From contig NIVC01001600.1 of NCBI GenBank assembly GCA_002269645.1, forward strand, positions 186,001 through 250,000: a stretch of DNA of 64,000 nt, given 5' to 3'. The notes below the pieces were generated by a model. That model saw only the letters and a list, made by a program, of their open reading frames with translations. It did no database searches and was not told the origin of the DNA. This DNA comes from Macrostomum lignano. Taxonomy: Eukaryota. The first letter of the stretch is position 1. Each line of letters starts with the position of its first letter. The translations under genes were made by a program, and so were the position numbers. This document shows, in pieces, positions 32,957 through 49,300 of this stretch.

Positions 32957-34590
32957 AGGCCTGACCTGGCAGAACCTGTCGCAGCGATTGTGAAGCTTGA
33001 CGCGACACCGAATGAAGACAACAATTTCTAAGACGAGAATTAAGCAACTCTCAAAATAAAGACATTTAACTACCTAACCATTTTGGAAGTTTTTTTTCAT
33101 TTTCCTTTTGCCTAAGTGCATGTTTATCCACACACCTCTTGTCAGTTCCTTTTTGAGAAGCGGTGGAAAGTTGAATAATATAAAAGTGACATTTATCGGT
33201 TGAGAAGACAATAAAAAATTCTTGAAACCCAAGACTGTTTATCATGGACAACTGAAGTATCATATTCAAGGATGCTAGAAGTTATCTAGCAAAAGAATTG
33301 TGGGGTGAGTTCACTAATTCAAAAGTAGCCATCCCTCTACTGAAGTTGTCCACGCTCTTTATCTTTATTCTCATTTATCTTGGTTGTTTCATCTGAGCAA
33401 AGTTAATAAAATGACAGCTAGCCTTTTGATTTTTGTTCGGAAATTTCATTTGAAACTGCGTTAGATGCATTGAATGGGACGTAGCACCGTCCGTCGCAGA
33501 GGTCAAACGTACATGCATGGTAACTGCAGTACCACTAAAGCTCAAAATGGAGTTGAAACCGTTTTGCGTGGCTTAACAATGGAGTTTACTTCATTACGCT
33601 CGTAAAAACGCTTGTGCATACACAATCAAACTTCAACAACAGTTGTACACAAATGCTGTTATGAACAAACAGTATTGTCTCGTTTTACAAATTTGCTACG
33701 ATAAAACAAAGGCAAAATCGACTGACAGCAATGTGGATTTTCAATAGATACTGGCCATTGAGCATTGACGCATTGGTTGATTTACTGATCTATCAGTGAA
33801 CTTCAAGTCTCCATGCCATGTCTATTTAAGGCTTTTTAGCTTATCTACCAGCCTTAGTTTATATAGTTTATATTGTAAAACACCTTCCTAGAGCTCCAGG
33901 TCGTCACCAAAATATCACAGGAATCAGAAGGACAATTGATAGCTGGAACCGCGGATGACGGTGCATTGGAATACAGGTGTATGTGCACTACTGAATCAAT
34001 AAAAAATACCTTTAAAAATGCATTTCAAGAATGTTGATTTGTATCGAGGTGATAGTTTGACATTCTCTAGTCTTGCTATTCCAAAAATCATCTCCTTTAG
34101 TTTCTTTTGAGAAAGTTTAGATACAGGCTTCGCATTTACATGCCAGATGTAATTAGTCAAAATTTGAGCTCGGTATTACATACATTGAGAGGCATGCGAT
34201 GATCGTATTAGAGCAAAGAGGCAATGCAATTGCTTGGACGATATTCAAAATAGGACTATTCAATAAGGACTGCTCTAACTTAAAAGTCGATTATTTGCAA
34301 TTTTACTCTGCTCGCTGCTCTCAATAAAAATGATCAATATCATTTTTGGGGAGTTGCTCTGCTTTCTATAGCCTCCGTAAGTTCTCTACACCATTTTAAT
34401 GTGCAGCCAGCTAAGAGTATCGACCAGGAGCTTCTGCGCATGCACGCCATGCATGATTCGATATGCTGTCTTGTCTTCGCCAGCACGAGGCTTCCTCATG
34501 CTGCTACTTTAAGAGCCACATTCAAGAGTCGCACCACCCCAACACTTCCAACTCTAACAATCACAACTCCTGCTGGTAGTTTAAACTCAC
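32905..34590 (+). repeat. Segmental duplication, copy A (paralog at ~38139-39640)
   Basis: Long shared blocks, e.g. CTCCGTTATCCGCAGCTCCACTGCCGG, CATCTGAGCAAAGTTAATAAAATGACAGC and GAACCGCGGATGACGGTGCATTGGAATACAGGTGTATG. Confidence 0.9.
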
Positions 34591-34605
34591 TTCGTATTGA
34601 TCCAT

Positions 34606-34614
34606 ACACACACA

Positions 34615-34671
<57 letters not shown>
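34606..34671. repeat. Compound (CA)n(GA)n microsatellite
   Basis: Direct repetition. Confidence 0.98.
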
Positions 34672-34673
<2 letters not shown>

Positions 34674-36099
34674 GGAGAGGGAGTCAGCTTTTGGCCACGG
34701 CCGGCCGGTTTTGCTTAGCAGCTGTCTCGCTTCTCTATTATAATGTCTCGCTCTAAGGTCAATGTCTTTTTTCAAATGCGACCTGCCATTTGAGTCGTCA
34801 TGTTGAGGCCCATCTTTTAATGCGTCTTGCCTTTTTTATAGCCCATTGATATTCAAAGAAAATCGAATTCTACGTTAATTTTTATTCTGGCCTACGTACA
34901 ATCGTACATTTCTTATGACTCGTTCGTAGCTGACTTAAGGCTAGCATTGACCTGTCATCCAAACTAAAAAAGTGTGCTACACGAATCCTGCTCACAAACC
35001 ACATAAATTCACTGACTCTGAGTCGATCACCTTGCTCTGTAGCACATCAGGTCTGACGTGAACATCTTCTGCATGGAAGTAGCTGTTGATTACGTGACGG
35101 TCCATGATCATGGAAGTCTCGCCGGCCACAGTCACGTGACGGCCGATTGGCAGCCAATCAAAGTACACGCATACCTTTTTATTTTGCGATATCTGCGGCT
35201 GTGCAGGGTGGGAACAACAACAGAAAGGAGTTGTCGCAGACGTCAGCGAGCTGCATGGGCCGCTGCGATAGCGTCATGGATAGCGTCATGGACTGCCGGG
35301 CAGGCCGTGGCGAGGATGAAGGTGTCGGTTTTTAAGTTTTTTTAAGTATTTCTGCTAGCCGCGGAACAGGCAGAACGGCTGGGAGAAGCCGCGTCTGATC
35401 ACATCTTTCAGATCGCGGATGGGCTTCGTGTGCGTCTGCGGAGGGAAAAGCTGGAGGGTATAACCGATGCGGAGGGTGAAGCGGGTGTGGAGGGTAAAGC
35501 GGGTGTGGAGGGTAAAGGGGGTGCGAAGAATCTCCTGCGCAACTTTTGGGTGGCAATTGGTAGATGAACTTGAAGATTATTTCTAAATTTATGAAGTTCA
35601 GGGGCAGTGCCCTTGATGACAAAAAAGTTAACTTTAGATTTTGGCTATAAAAAACTAAGAACTGCAATGGGGACCCATCTAGGGGGTCAAGTCAAGATAG
35701 TCAAGCTTGATCACCCATGAAAAATGAAAGTTCTGTGCCAACATATCAATAAAATCTCACCTGAGATGCTAAAATTGGCTTCAAATCTGCTTTGAGTGTA
35801 ATTTGTAGGTTGCCTTGTACTCTGTAGCGTACTACATGTACATGTAACCGTGTACTAACCGTGGCCAGCCCTGCTTAACCTGGCATTGCAGACCGCCTGG
35901 ACGCCGTGCACGATTGTCGATGCCGATAAGCATCCGCCGGTCAGCTTCCAGCATCGCGTGGTGGATTCGTCGATATTATGGTTGGCCGCGCCTTGGTGAG
36001 CACTAGCGGCTTTCTCCGGCTTGAATTTTTTGTCCTCGCAGATGCAGACCACGCCTCACCGTGGTGGCTGAAAGCATTCAAAGCTCTTGCAATCTCTAA

Positions 36100-36950
36100 A
36101 ACGATTGCCGACAACTTCACGGCCTTGTGTGGACTGAATACACTTGAGAAGCTAACTCGCATCATTGTTTTGAGACGCTGCCATTCTAAGAGAAGGAATC
36201 TGCTATCGTCAATTATATGAAGCCCAAGAAGTCTTCAAGAGAGCACGAGATTTTTTGGTCCTTCGCCAAGCAGCTGGTGAGGAGTCCATCACGGATGTTC
36301 TATCCCGCCTGAGGTCACCGCAGGAATCAGCAACCCAGAAGTTCAGAGGCGGGTGCTGGGTGCGATTCAGACCTCGTCTGGCGTGTCTGGCCCAGAAGAA
36401 CAAAGGCAAAAGAAGGAACTGCCAATGTCGGATATTGTCGACCTCGTCAGGAACATTGAACAGGTATCGTCAGGTAGACAATGATTCGGTTCATTTTGCC
36501 AAAGATAGTCGATCATCTCTGGAGGCATCTCCATTGCAAGGAACTGTGAGTTTTGTTGCAAGTCTCATCCTGTCGGCAAATGCCTGGCTTACACCAAAGC
36601 TGTAATTCGGAAAGCGCAACCATTGTTGCCTCAGTTTGTCGCTAGGCCGGAGTGAAAGCAGTGCATCACTCGGATGTCCGACCTGATGAGACCAGTGATG
36701 GTAATATACCTGAAGTTCTTCATCTTACGGACACGGATACCGTTCAAGCTATATCTGAAGCATTAGAGGACATCATAGTCAATGATACTAAAGTGCCCAT
36801 GCAGCTTGACACTGGTGCTTGCTTTCAAGCAAAATCTGAAAGGCCCTAGATTGTCCCGTTCAATTGCTGCATGTCATCGCAAGCTCGAGGCCTGTGACGG
36901 ACACGAAATTTGCGTAAAATGCTCGGGAAGCTTTCCAAGACCGTCTAAAT
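36100..36950 (+). mobile_element. Degenerate Gypsy (Mag-like) gag-protease fragment
   Basis: Broken frames encode LRQAAGEESITDVLSRLR, paired knuckle remnants (CEFCCKSH..KC; GKRNH..ASVCR) and IIVNDTKVPMQLDTGA. Confidence 0.7.
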
Positions 36951-36956
36951 GAGAGG

Positions 36957-37009
<53 letters not shown>

Positions 37010-37013
37010 GCTG

Positions 37014-37061
<48 letters not shown>

Positions 37062-37108
37062 GCTGACTAACTAACTAACTAACTAACTAACTAACAAACT
37101 ACTAACTA
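36957..37108. repeat. (ACTA)n microsatellite
   Basis: Direct repetition; same motif as 30399-30950, and likewise upstream of the shared promoter. Confidence 0.98.
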
Positions 37109-37421
37109 GCTCTATCCAGTCAAAGCTCTTCCCAATGTAGCTAGCAGCATCTTTTGCGGACATGAATGCCTCACTTCCCTTTTTGAGTGGTCATTATCAT
37201 TCGAACAAGAATTAAGTCCAGAAAAAAGCAGGTGCTGAAAATTATTTTTGGTTATTTCGGCTTGGTGTGATCCCGCCCTCTCGGTCTAGGCTATATAATC
37301 TACCGGCATGGCTCGCGTGACATTTAGCGCCGACAACACAATCTTCACTTGATGTTTCACAACTAGAAATAGGTCTCTTGCTGCTAAACATTATCATTCA
37401 CCATTTGAATTGAATCCACAG

Positions 37422-38013
37422 AAAAGCTCAGCTTCAACAAGTGCTTCCAGACCTCGGTGGGCTGGAACGGAGTCTGCAAGCGAGCCATGGACGGAAACAA
37501 AAGCCAGGACTACTGGAAGCACTCCTGCAGCCACACTAATAACTTCAAGGGATTCAAGAGCTTTACTAAACCTGTTCATATAAAGGAGGTCGTCATCTAC
37601 AACAGGCAACCAGCTGTCTCTGAGCCAGTGCTCTCAGAGCTCTGTTGGCTGGGATGTCGTCTGCGGCAGAGCCATCGATGGAAACACCAACCAGTACTAC
37701 TGGGGACACTCGTGCACTCACACAAATCTGGAGAAGGGCTGGTGGATGGCCAAGACTGCGAAGCTGGCTCACATCAGAGGTCAAGATCTTCAACAGACTC
37801 GACTGCTGTTCTAAAAGACTCACAAACTTTGTGGTTACGGCGGACGGTCACGTGCGCGCCTCGTACAACTCTAAAAGCGCTTTCAATGTGAAGACGTTCA
37901 GTTGCAACAGACTAGGCAGGGTAGTGAAGATCACCAATCGCAAAAAAGCTTTCCTGACCCTATGCTAAGTTCAGGTGTTCGGCTTTTGCGGAAATCGGTG
38001 TACGGGGCAGTAA
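37422..38013 (+). pseudogene. F-type lectin (fucolectin/FTP domain) pseudogene, one partial plus one near-complete domain
   Basis: RAMDGN...SCSHT...VVIYNR, then RAIDGN...HSCTHT...WW, a frameshift into EVKIFNRLDCCSKRLTNF, and LTLC*VQVFG (TAA where the family has Glu). Confidence 0.82.
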
Positions 38014-38138
38014 GTTGATAAGTCTTTCTGCGTTGCCTTCGAAGACATTGCTAGGCTAAATTGTCTCGTGAAAAATTCACTAAGCCAAACTTCAAATGAG
38101 TGCTAAAGAATGCAGTTTAACATATTATACATAGTAAC

Positions 38139-39640
38139 AGACGCTCCGTTATCCGCAGCTCCACTGCCGGTTGTCGACGGTGTTGTGAGGCTTGACGACA
38201 CCGAATGAAGAGTAGAGTTCGATCTAATAGTTCTAAGACGGAGAGGATTGAGCAACTCTCAAAATAATACTTTTAATTAGCTAACAATTGTGGACGTTTT
38301 TTTCATTTTCCTTTCGAGCAGGTTTATTTAAACAAATTTTGTCAGTTCCTTTTTGAGACGCGGTGGAAAGTTTTTTATACAAAACATTTATCGGTTGAGT
38401 AGACAATATAAAAATTCACGCACGAAACCCAAAAAAATATTTATCATGGACAACTAAAGTATCATGTACAAGGATGCCAGAAACTACTTTTCTTTCTTTT
38501 CATTTATAGCTTGGTGCTTTCATCTGAGCAAAGTTAATAAAATGACAGCCTTTTGATTTTTGTTCGGAAACTTCATTTGTAACGTTCATTAAAGTTCAAA
38601 ATGGAGTTGAAATCGCTTTACGTGGCTTAATAATGGAATTTAATTCAATAAAACAAAATACATGCGCTTACATAATCAAGCTTAAACAATAAATTTGTAC
38701 ACAAATACTGTTATAACCAAACAGTATTGTCTCGTTTTACTAATTTGCTACGATAAAACAAAGGAATAAATCGACTGACAGCAATGTGGATTTTCACGAG
38801 CCATCGGCCACATGGGCATAAACGAATGGGTCGACTGATCTATCCGTGAAATTTGAGTCTCCTTGACTGATCTATTTAAGTTTTTAAAATTTATTTACCT
38901 GCTTCTATAGTAGAACACCTTCCGTCAGTACTGGAGCATCAATTGGCATCAATACAAAATCACAGGAATCAGGACAATTGGTTACCGAACCGCGGATGAC
39001 GGTGCATTGGAATACAGGTGTATGCGCACTACTGAATCAGTAAGAATATCAGTAAGAATGCATTTTAAGAATGATGATTTGCATCGGTGATACATGTAGT
39101 TCTACATTTTTTGTCTTGCTAATCGTAAACACGTACCAGCATTTACCTGCAAAAATTGAGTTCGTATCACATTACACACATTTGAGAGGATGTCAAGGGG
39201 TTTACCTAAGCTAAGCTTTCATATTTGATATTTCCTAGCAACTACATGTAGGAACATGGTCTGCATGCCCCAATAAGAAATAGAAAAGCTTATTGTTCTT
39301 ATTTTCTGGCACAATATTCAACTTGTGAGGAGTATGATAGAGAAGGACTGTTCCAATTTTGATGTCTCTAGTTTAGCAGTAGCTTTCTTGGAGTTGCTTC
39401 GCTTCCTATACAGTAGCTGATAGACGACTTTCTACACCATTTTAATTTTCAGTCAGCCAGGAGTATCGACCAAAACCACAAGTTTCCTCAAGCAGTTGCT
39501 GCAGAGCCACATTCAAGAGTTGCTGTGGCACCAACCCCAACACTTTACAACTGGTCCACTGTAGCATGTAGACACGATCTAACAGAAACTGAATTTTTTT
39601 TCAGTTTTGTTATAAGTCTGCTGGTTTAAACTTACTTTGT
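38139..39640 (+). repeat. Segmental duplication, copy B
   Basis: Homologous to 32905-34590, including the last exon of the micro-exon gene. Confidence 0.88.
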
Positions 39641-40204
39641 ACTGATAAATACGCAGAATTAAGTCATAGCTGGATTGTTTTTCGGTTGCGCCTGACTGTC
39701 TGACTATGAGAAAGTCCGGATCGCTGCATGTACACTCTGAATGTACATGACCGGTTTAAGATTATTGCATAAACTCAAACAGAATAAACCACTACGAGTA
39801 GAAGTTGATAGGCTGAATCAAGAATTTTTTAGAGTCTAATTAAATTATTATTAATCAGTTAGCTACGTTAAAAGCACAATACTGACTTTCACCAAGCAAT
39901 GCAAAAATTATTCCAAAGTTCGTAAGTGATAAAAAATTAGCTATAGTTATTACGAATGATTAGTAATGACACACCTTGCTCAAAAGAATCACGGCTCCAA
40001 AATTGAAAAGTCCCATAATTTGCTAACAACAGCGTGGACTAAACATCAGCTTGTTGCAAAATGACTAAAAATTCGATAGCAAAGAGTCACTGAGCTCACA
40101 GCTGATAGGCAGCAAGTCAGCAGCAATAGCAATGCATTTAATTGGGAAAAACAACTCAAAAAATGGGTACTCTCCGGAGTGAGATGAAAGCATTTATGAA
40201 AGTG

Positions 40205-41235
40205 GGAAAGGACGAGTAGGGAGACAGTGAATGAGTAGGGGAGAGAGCAGATGAGTAGGGGAGAGAGTGGATGAGTAGGGGGGAGCGGATAAGTAGGGGG
40301 AGCGGATGAGTAGGGGGAGCGGATGAGTAGGGGAGCGGATGAGTAGGGGGAGCGGATGAGTAGGGGAGCGGATGAGTAGGGGGTGGATGAGTAGGGGGTG
40401 GATGAGTAGGGGGAGCGGATGAGTAGGGGGAGCGGATGAGTAGGGGGTGGATGAGTAGGGGGGAGCGGATGAGTAGGGGTGGATGAGTAGGGGGAGCGGA
40501 TGAGTAGGGGGCGGATGAGTAGGGGGGAGCGGATGAGTAGGGGGAGCGGATGAGTAGGTGGAGCGGATGAGTAGGGGGAGCGGATGAGTAGGGGCGGATG
40601 AGTGGAGAGCGGATGAGTAGGGGGAGCGGATGAGTAGGGGGTGGATGAGTAGGGGGAGCGGATGAGTAGGGGGCGGATGAGTAGGGAGGAGCGGATGAGT
40701 AGGGGGAGCGGATGAGTAGGTGGAGCGGATGAGTAGGGGGAGCGGATGAGTAGGGGGCGGATGAGTGGAGAGCGGATGAGTAGGGGGAGCGTATGAGTAG
40801 GGGGGCGGATGAGTAGGGGGCGGATGAGTAGGGGGCGGATGAGTAGAGGGGAGCGGATGAGTAGGGGGGAGCGGATGAGTAGAGGGGAGCGGATGAGTAG
40901 GGGGGAGCGGATGAGTAGGGGGAGCGGATGAGTAGAGGGGAGCGGATGAGTAGGGGGGAGCGGATGAGTAGGGAGAGCGGATGAGTAGGGGGGAGCGGAT
41001 GAGTAGGGGGAGCGGATGAGTAGGTGGAGCGGATGAGTAGGGGGAGCGGATGAGTAGGGGGCGGATGAGTAGGGGGGCGGATGAGTAGGGGGAGCGGATG
41101 AGTAGGGGAGCGGATGAGTAGGGGGAGCGGATGAGTAGGGGGGCGGATGAGTAGGGGGCGGATGAGTAGGGGGGAGCGGATGAGTAGGGGGAGCGGATGA
41201 GTAGGGGGGAGCGGATGAGTAGAAGAGTGGATGAG
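40205..41235. repeat. G-rich minisatellite GAGCGGATGAGTAGGGG(G)n
   Basis: Direct repetition of 19-22 bp units with variable G-run length. Confidence 0.97.
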
Positions 41236-41407
41236 GAGGGAAAGAGCGGTTTGGATGCAAAATTGTTAAAATAATTAGACAGGCAAACATTATGACGGCT
41301 CAATGCACGTCAGGGCAATGCAATGCTTAGCAAAAAAGCTTTAAAACAATTCAGCCACCATTAAAACCATGAAAACTAAAAGCACAGCAAAAGTTATTCG
41401 GGTTGGT

Positions 41408-45242
<3,835 letters not shown>

Positions 45243-46011
45243 CTGTAGACGCCAGGAAGGTCGTGCATGCAGATGAAAATGCAGGTACAGATCCTTACTT
45301 ACACTGCACATTGGCTGCCTAAGACACCTTGAATTAAAGCTACCAAAGTACATAGATCAGGAGTCAGACAACTCCGGCTCGCAGTCTCACTATCCGGCCC
45401 TGGGGTCCTTGGAAACTTGACAATATTAATCCGACAGCTCAAGATTCGTGTCTCTGCTCAGCGCTCTTCACTCCCCACTTCCCTACTCTCCCCTTCCCTA
45501 CTCTCTCCTCTTCTCTACTCTCTCAAAGTTTGCTGACCCCTATAATAGATTTTAAAAATCTTCAAGATCCAAAAAGTAAAACAAACAAACCAGAATTACG
45601 CTGTAACTATAAAAATTAATAACTTTTATTTGGACGGACGTAATCCTATAATATTTTCGTGATTTTTTAGTTTTGAAAAAATGAAAACACTGACGTGCAA
45701 CAAAACGTTTTGAAAGAGAGTCCCAGCTCAGAAATCGAACGGGAACTCAAAAAAAGACTGCACAGCAGGGAGCAAATGGAATGTAAGACAAAAAGTGCGA
45801 GCCTGAAAAATTTACGGAAACAATTTACATTAAACCTACTGTTAGTAGCAACATTTAGTAGTTTACTTAGATTTAAATTGATACAATGTAAAGAACGAAG
45901 ATTGATTGAAAATTTCGATTTGGGGGGTTGTCTTACATCCATGAGGGCCAATCCCCAAATCCACAGAAAGTCGTTAAAAAGGTCGTTAAAAAAGTCACAA
46001 GAGTCGGCTAA

Positions 46012-46150
46012 GATGTGTGCAACCGACAGCTCAGCCGCAGCTATTGTCCAAGGACTGGGAGGGGTCGCCACACACACACCCTGAATTATCCCAGCTAATG
46101 CTGGCACACATTTTACAGCTGGGTGAACTGAAGCAATGCAGAGTTACAAA
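46012..46150 (-). mobile_element. Truncated SINE copy
   Basis: Shares GCAACCGACAGCTCAGCCGCAG and CCCAGCTAATGCTGGCAC(A/C)CATTTTACAGCTGGGTGAA with 58452-58690. Confidence 0.75.
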
Positions 46151-46303
46151 TCTTATCAAGTAGGTCGAAAATCGATTTTTCTAACTACTAAAGCTACAAC
46201 CCATTTTGTTTGATGATAAACCAATGAAAAGACACAACGTACTTTTACAGCTAAATAGTTTATTTTTTAAAACTAAAACCAGCTAAGTTTACGATGCTAA
46301 CAA

Positions 46304-49300
46304 TCAGGCGCTAGAGGCGTCGAAGCTATCAGCGTAGCTGTACGCCCCTCCGCCGCTGCGCCCCGTGTCGCCGACGTCCTCCTCTTCGATTTCCTCCTCA
46401 AATTCCTGAGCAGCGTCCTCAGCCTCCAGCTGTTGCGACGGCGGCGACAGCACAGGAGGCGGCGGCGGAGTTATCGACTGCGCGGCCGCCGCCGCCGCTG
46501 CCGACGGGCCCCTGGAGGCGGCGTCTTCATCCTCAGCGTCGGAGTCTGGGAAATCGTTGAACTGCAGCTGGTGCCGCTGTTGAAAGGCGTCGCCGGAGTC
46601 TGCAGTTGGTTGATGTTGCTGCCGCTCGGCGACAACGGCGGAATCAGCTGCCGCTGCCGACGATGGTGCAGCAGGCTGGAGCAGCGGCTGCTGACCGGAT
46701 GGCCCCAGGTCCTGCAGCACCTGGTCACCTGGGTTGGCGGGCGGGACAGGAAAGCTGAGCTCTGGGACACCTGGTGCAAACCAGCACCAGATAGGCAACT
46801 GGTTCCAACCCAGAGACACCCAGTCCCAACCCAGAGACACCCAGTCCCAACCCAGAGACACCCAGTCCCAACCCAGAGACACACCCAGTCCCAACCCAGA
46901 GACACACCCAGTCCCAACCCAGAGACACACCCAGTCGCAACCCAGAGACACCCAGTCCCAACCAAGAGACACCTAGTCCAACCCAGAGACACACCCAGTC
47001 CCAACCAAGAGACACCTAGTCCAACCCAGAGACACCCAGTCCCAACCCAGAGACATCCAGTTCCAACCCAGAGACATCCGGTCCCAACCCAGAGACACAC
47101 CCAGTCCCAACCCAGAGACATCCGGTCCCAACCCAGAGACATCCGGTCCCAACCCAGAGACACCCAGTCCCAACCCAGAGACACACCCAGTCCCAACCCA
47201 GAGACACACCCAGTCCCAACCCAGAGACACACCCAGTCGCAACCCAGAGACACCCAGTCCCAACCCAGAGACACACCCAGTCCCAACCAAGAGACACCTA
47301 GTCCAACCCAGAGACACACCCAGTCCCAACCAAGAGACACCCAGTCCCAACCAAGAGACACCTAGTCCAACCCAGAGACACACCCAGTCCCAACCCAGAG
47401 ACACACCCAGTCCCAACCCAGAGACACACCCAGTCGCAACCCAGAGACACCCAGTCCCAACCAAGAGACACCTAGTCCAACCCAGAGACACACTCAGTCC
47501 CAACCAAGAGACACCTAGTCCAACCCAGAGACACCCAGTCCCAACCCAGAGACATCCAGTTCCAACCCAGAGACATCCGGTCCCAACCCAGAGACACCCA
47601 GTCCCAACCCAGAGACACCCAGTCCCAACCCAGAGACACACCCAGTCCCAACCCAGAGACACCCAGTCCCAACCCAGAGACACCCAGTCCCAACCCAGAG
47701 ACACACCCAGTCCCAACCCAGAGACACACCCAGTCGCAACCCAGAGACACCCAGTCCCAACCCAGAGACACACCCAGTCCCAACCCAGAGACACACCCAG
47801 TCCCAACCCAGAGACACACCCAGTCCCAACCCAGAGACACACCCAGTCCAGTCCCAACCCAGAGACACACCCAGTCCCAACCCAGAGACACACCCAGTCC
47901 CAACCCAGAGACACACCCAGTCCCAACCCAGAGACACACCCAGTCGCAACCCAGAGACACCCAGTCCCAACCAAGAGACACCTAGTCCAACCCAGAGACA
48001 CACCCAGTCCCAACCCAGAGACATCCGGTCCCAACCCAGAGACACACCCAGTCCCAACCCAGAGACACACCCAGTCCCAACCCAGAGACACCCAGTCCCA
48101 ACCCAGAGACACACCCAGTCCCAACCCAGAGACACACCCAGTCCCAACCCAGAGACAACCCAAGCAGCTCACCAGTCAGCAGCTCCTGATCCCTAGCCAG
48201 CTGCAGGTGCCTCCTCAGCCGGTCATATGTCTGATCGGCATCCCGCTTAACCCTGGTAGCCCTGCTGTACATCTCGTCCCCGTTAGCGTCGTCAAACTGC
48301 AAGGAGTCGGCGCCAACAGCTGCGGAATTCGTATCGACGAGATTGTCAGCATTTCTCGACTGTTGCCGCTTCTGCTGTTGCTGAGGCTTCTTGCTACGAG
48401 CAGCGGGTGAAGGGTTCTTGGCCGCTGGTCTGCCACGAGGAGGCTGACGTTGCTGCTGCTGCTGCTGACTCTGTCCAGGGGACTCCAAGGCAGCGGCACT
48501 TGGACCGGCGCCAGTCGAAACAGCTCTGTCAGCCAAATTGAGTCCACTTGGTAAATTGTCCATGCCTGCGGCTGTGACCACTCTGCCTAGGCCTGCGGAG
48601 ACAGGGATTGGCTTTGTTGAGCTGGCGGTTCTGTCTGATATCTAACCCTATCTGTCTGATATCTAACCCTATCTGTCTGATATCTAACCCTGATATCTAA
48701 CCCTATCTGTCTGATATCTAACCCTATCTGTCTGATATCTAAACTTGATATCTAACCCTATCTGTCTGATATCTAACCCTGATATCTAACCCTATCTATC
48801 TGATATCTAACCCTATCTGTCTGATATCTAACCCTGATATCTAACCCTATCTATCTGATATCTAACCCTATCTGTCTGATATCTAACCCTATCTGTCTGA
48901 TATCTAACCCTATCTGTCTGATATCTAACCCTATCTGTCTGATATCTAATCCTATCTGTCTGATATCTAACCCTATCTGTCTGACATCTAACCCTGATAT
49001 CTAACCCTTTCTGTCTGATATCTAACCCTGATATCTAACCCTATCTGTCTGATATCTAACCCTATCTGTCTGATATCTAACCCTTTCTGTCTGATATCTA
49101 ACCCTGATATCTAACCCTATCTGTCTGATATCTAACCCTATCTGTCAGATATCCTATATACTAAAAATGAAATGTCTGTAACTAACTAGCTATGCGATAG
49201 ATTTCAAAAAAAATGGCTCAACCGATTTTCTTTAAACTTGCACCATTCGATCAGAAATGTTCCTGGGACGGTACATGCATCTTGGCTAAGAAATTGCTCA

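Noticed and set aside
46433-48172. Long Trp/Gly/Cys-rich or Pro/Gln-rich ORFs
   Set aside because: Translations of the 21/23-bp intronic minisatellite of CEP78.
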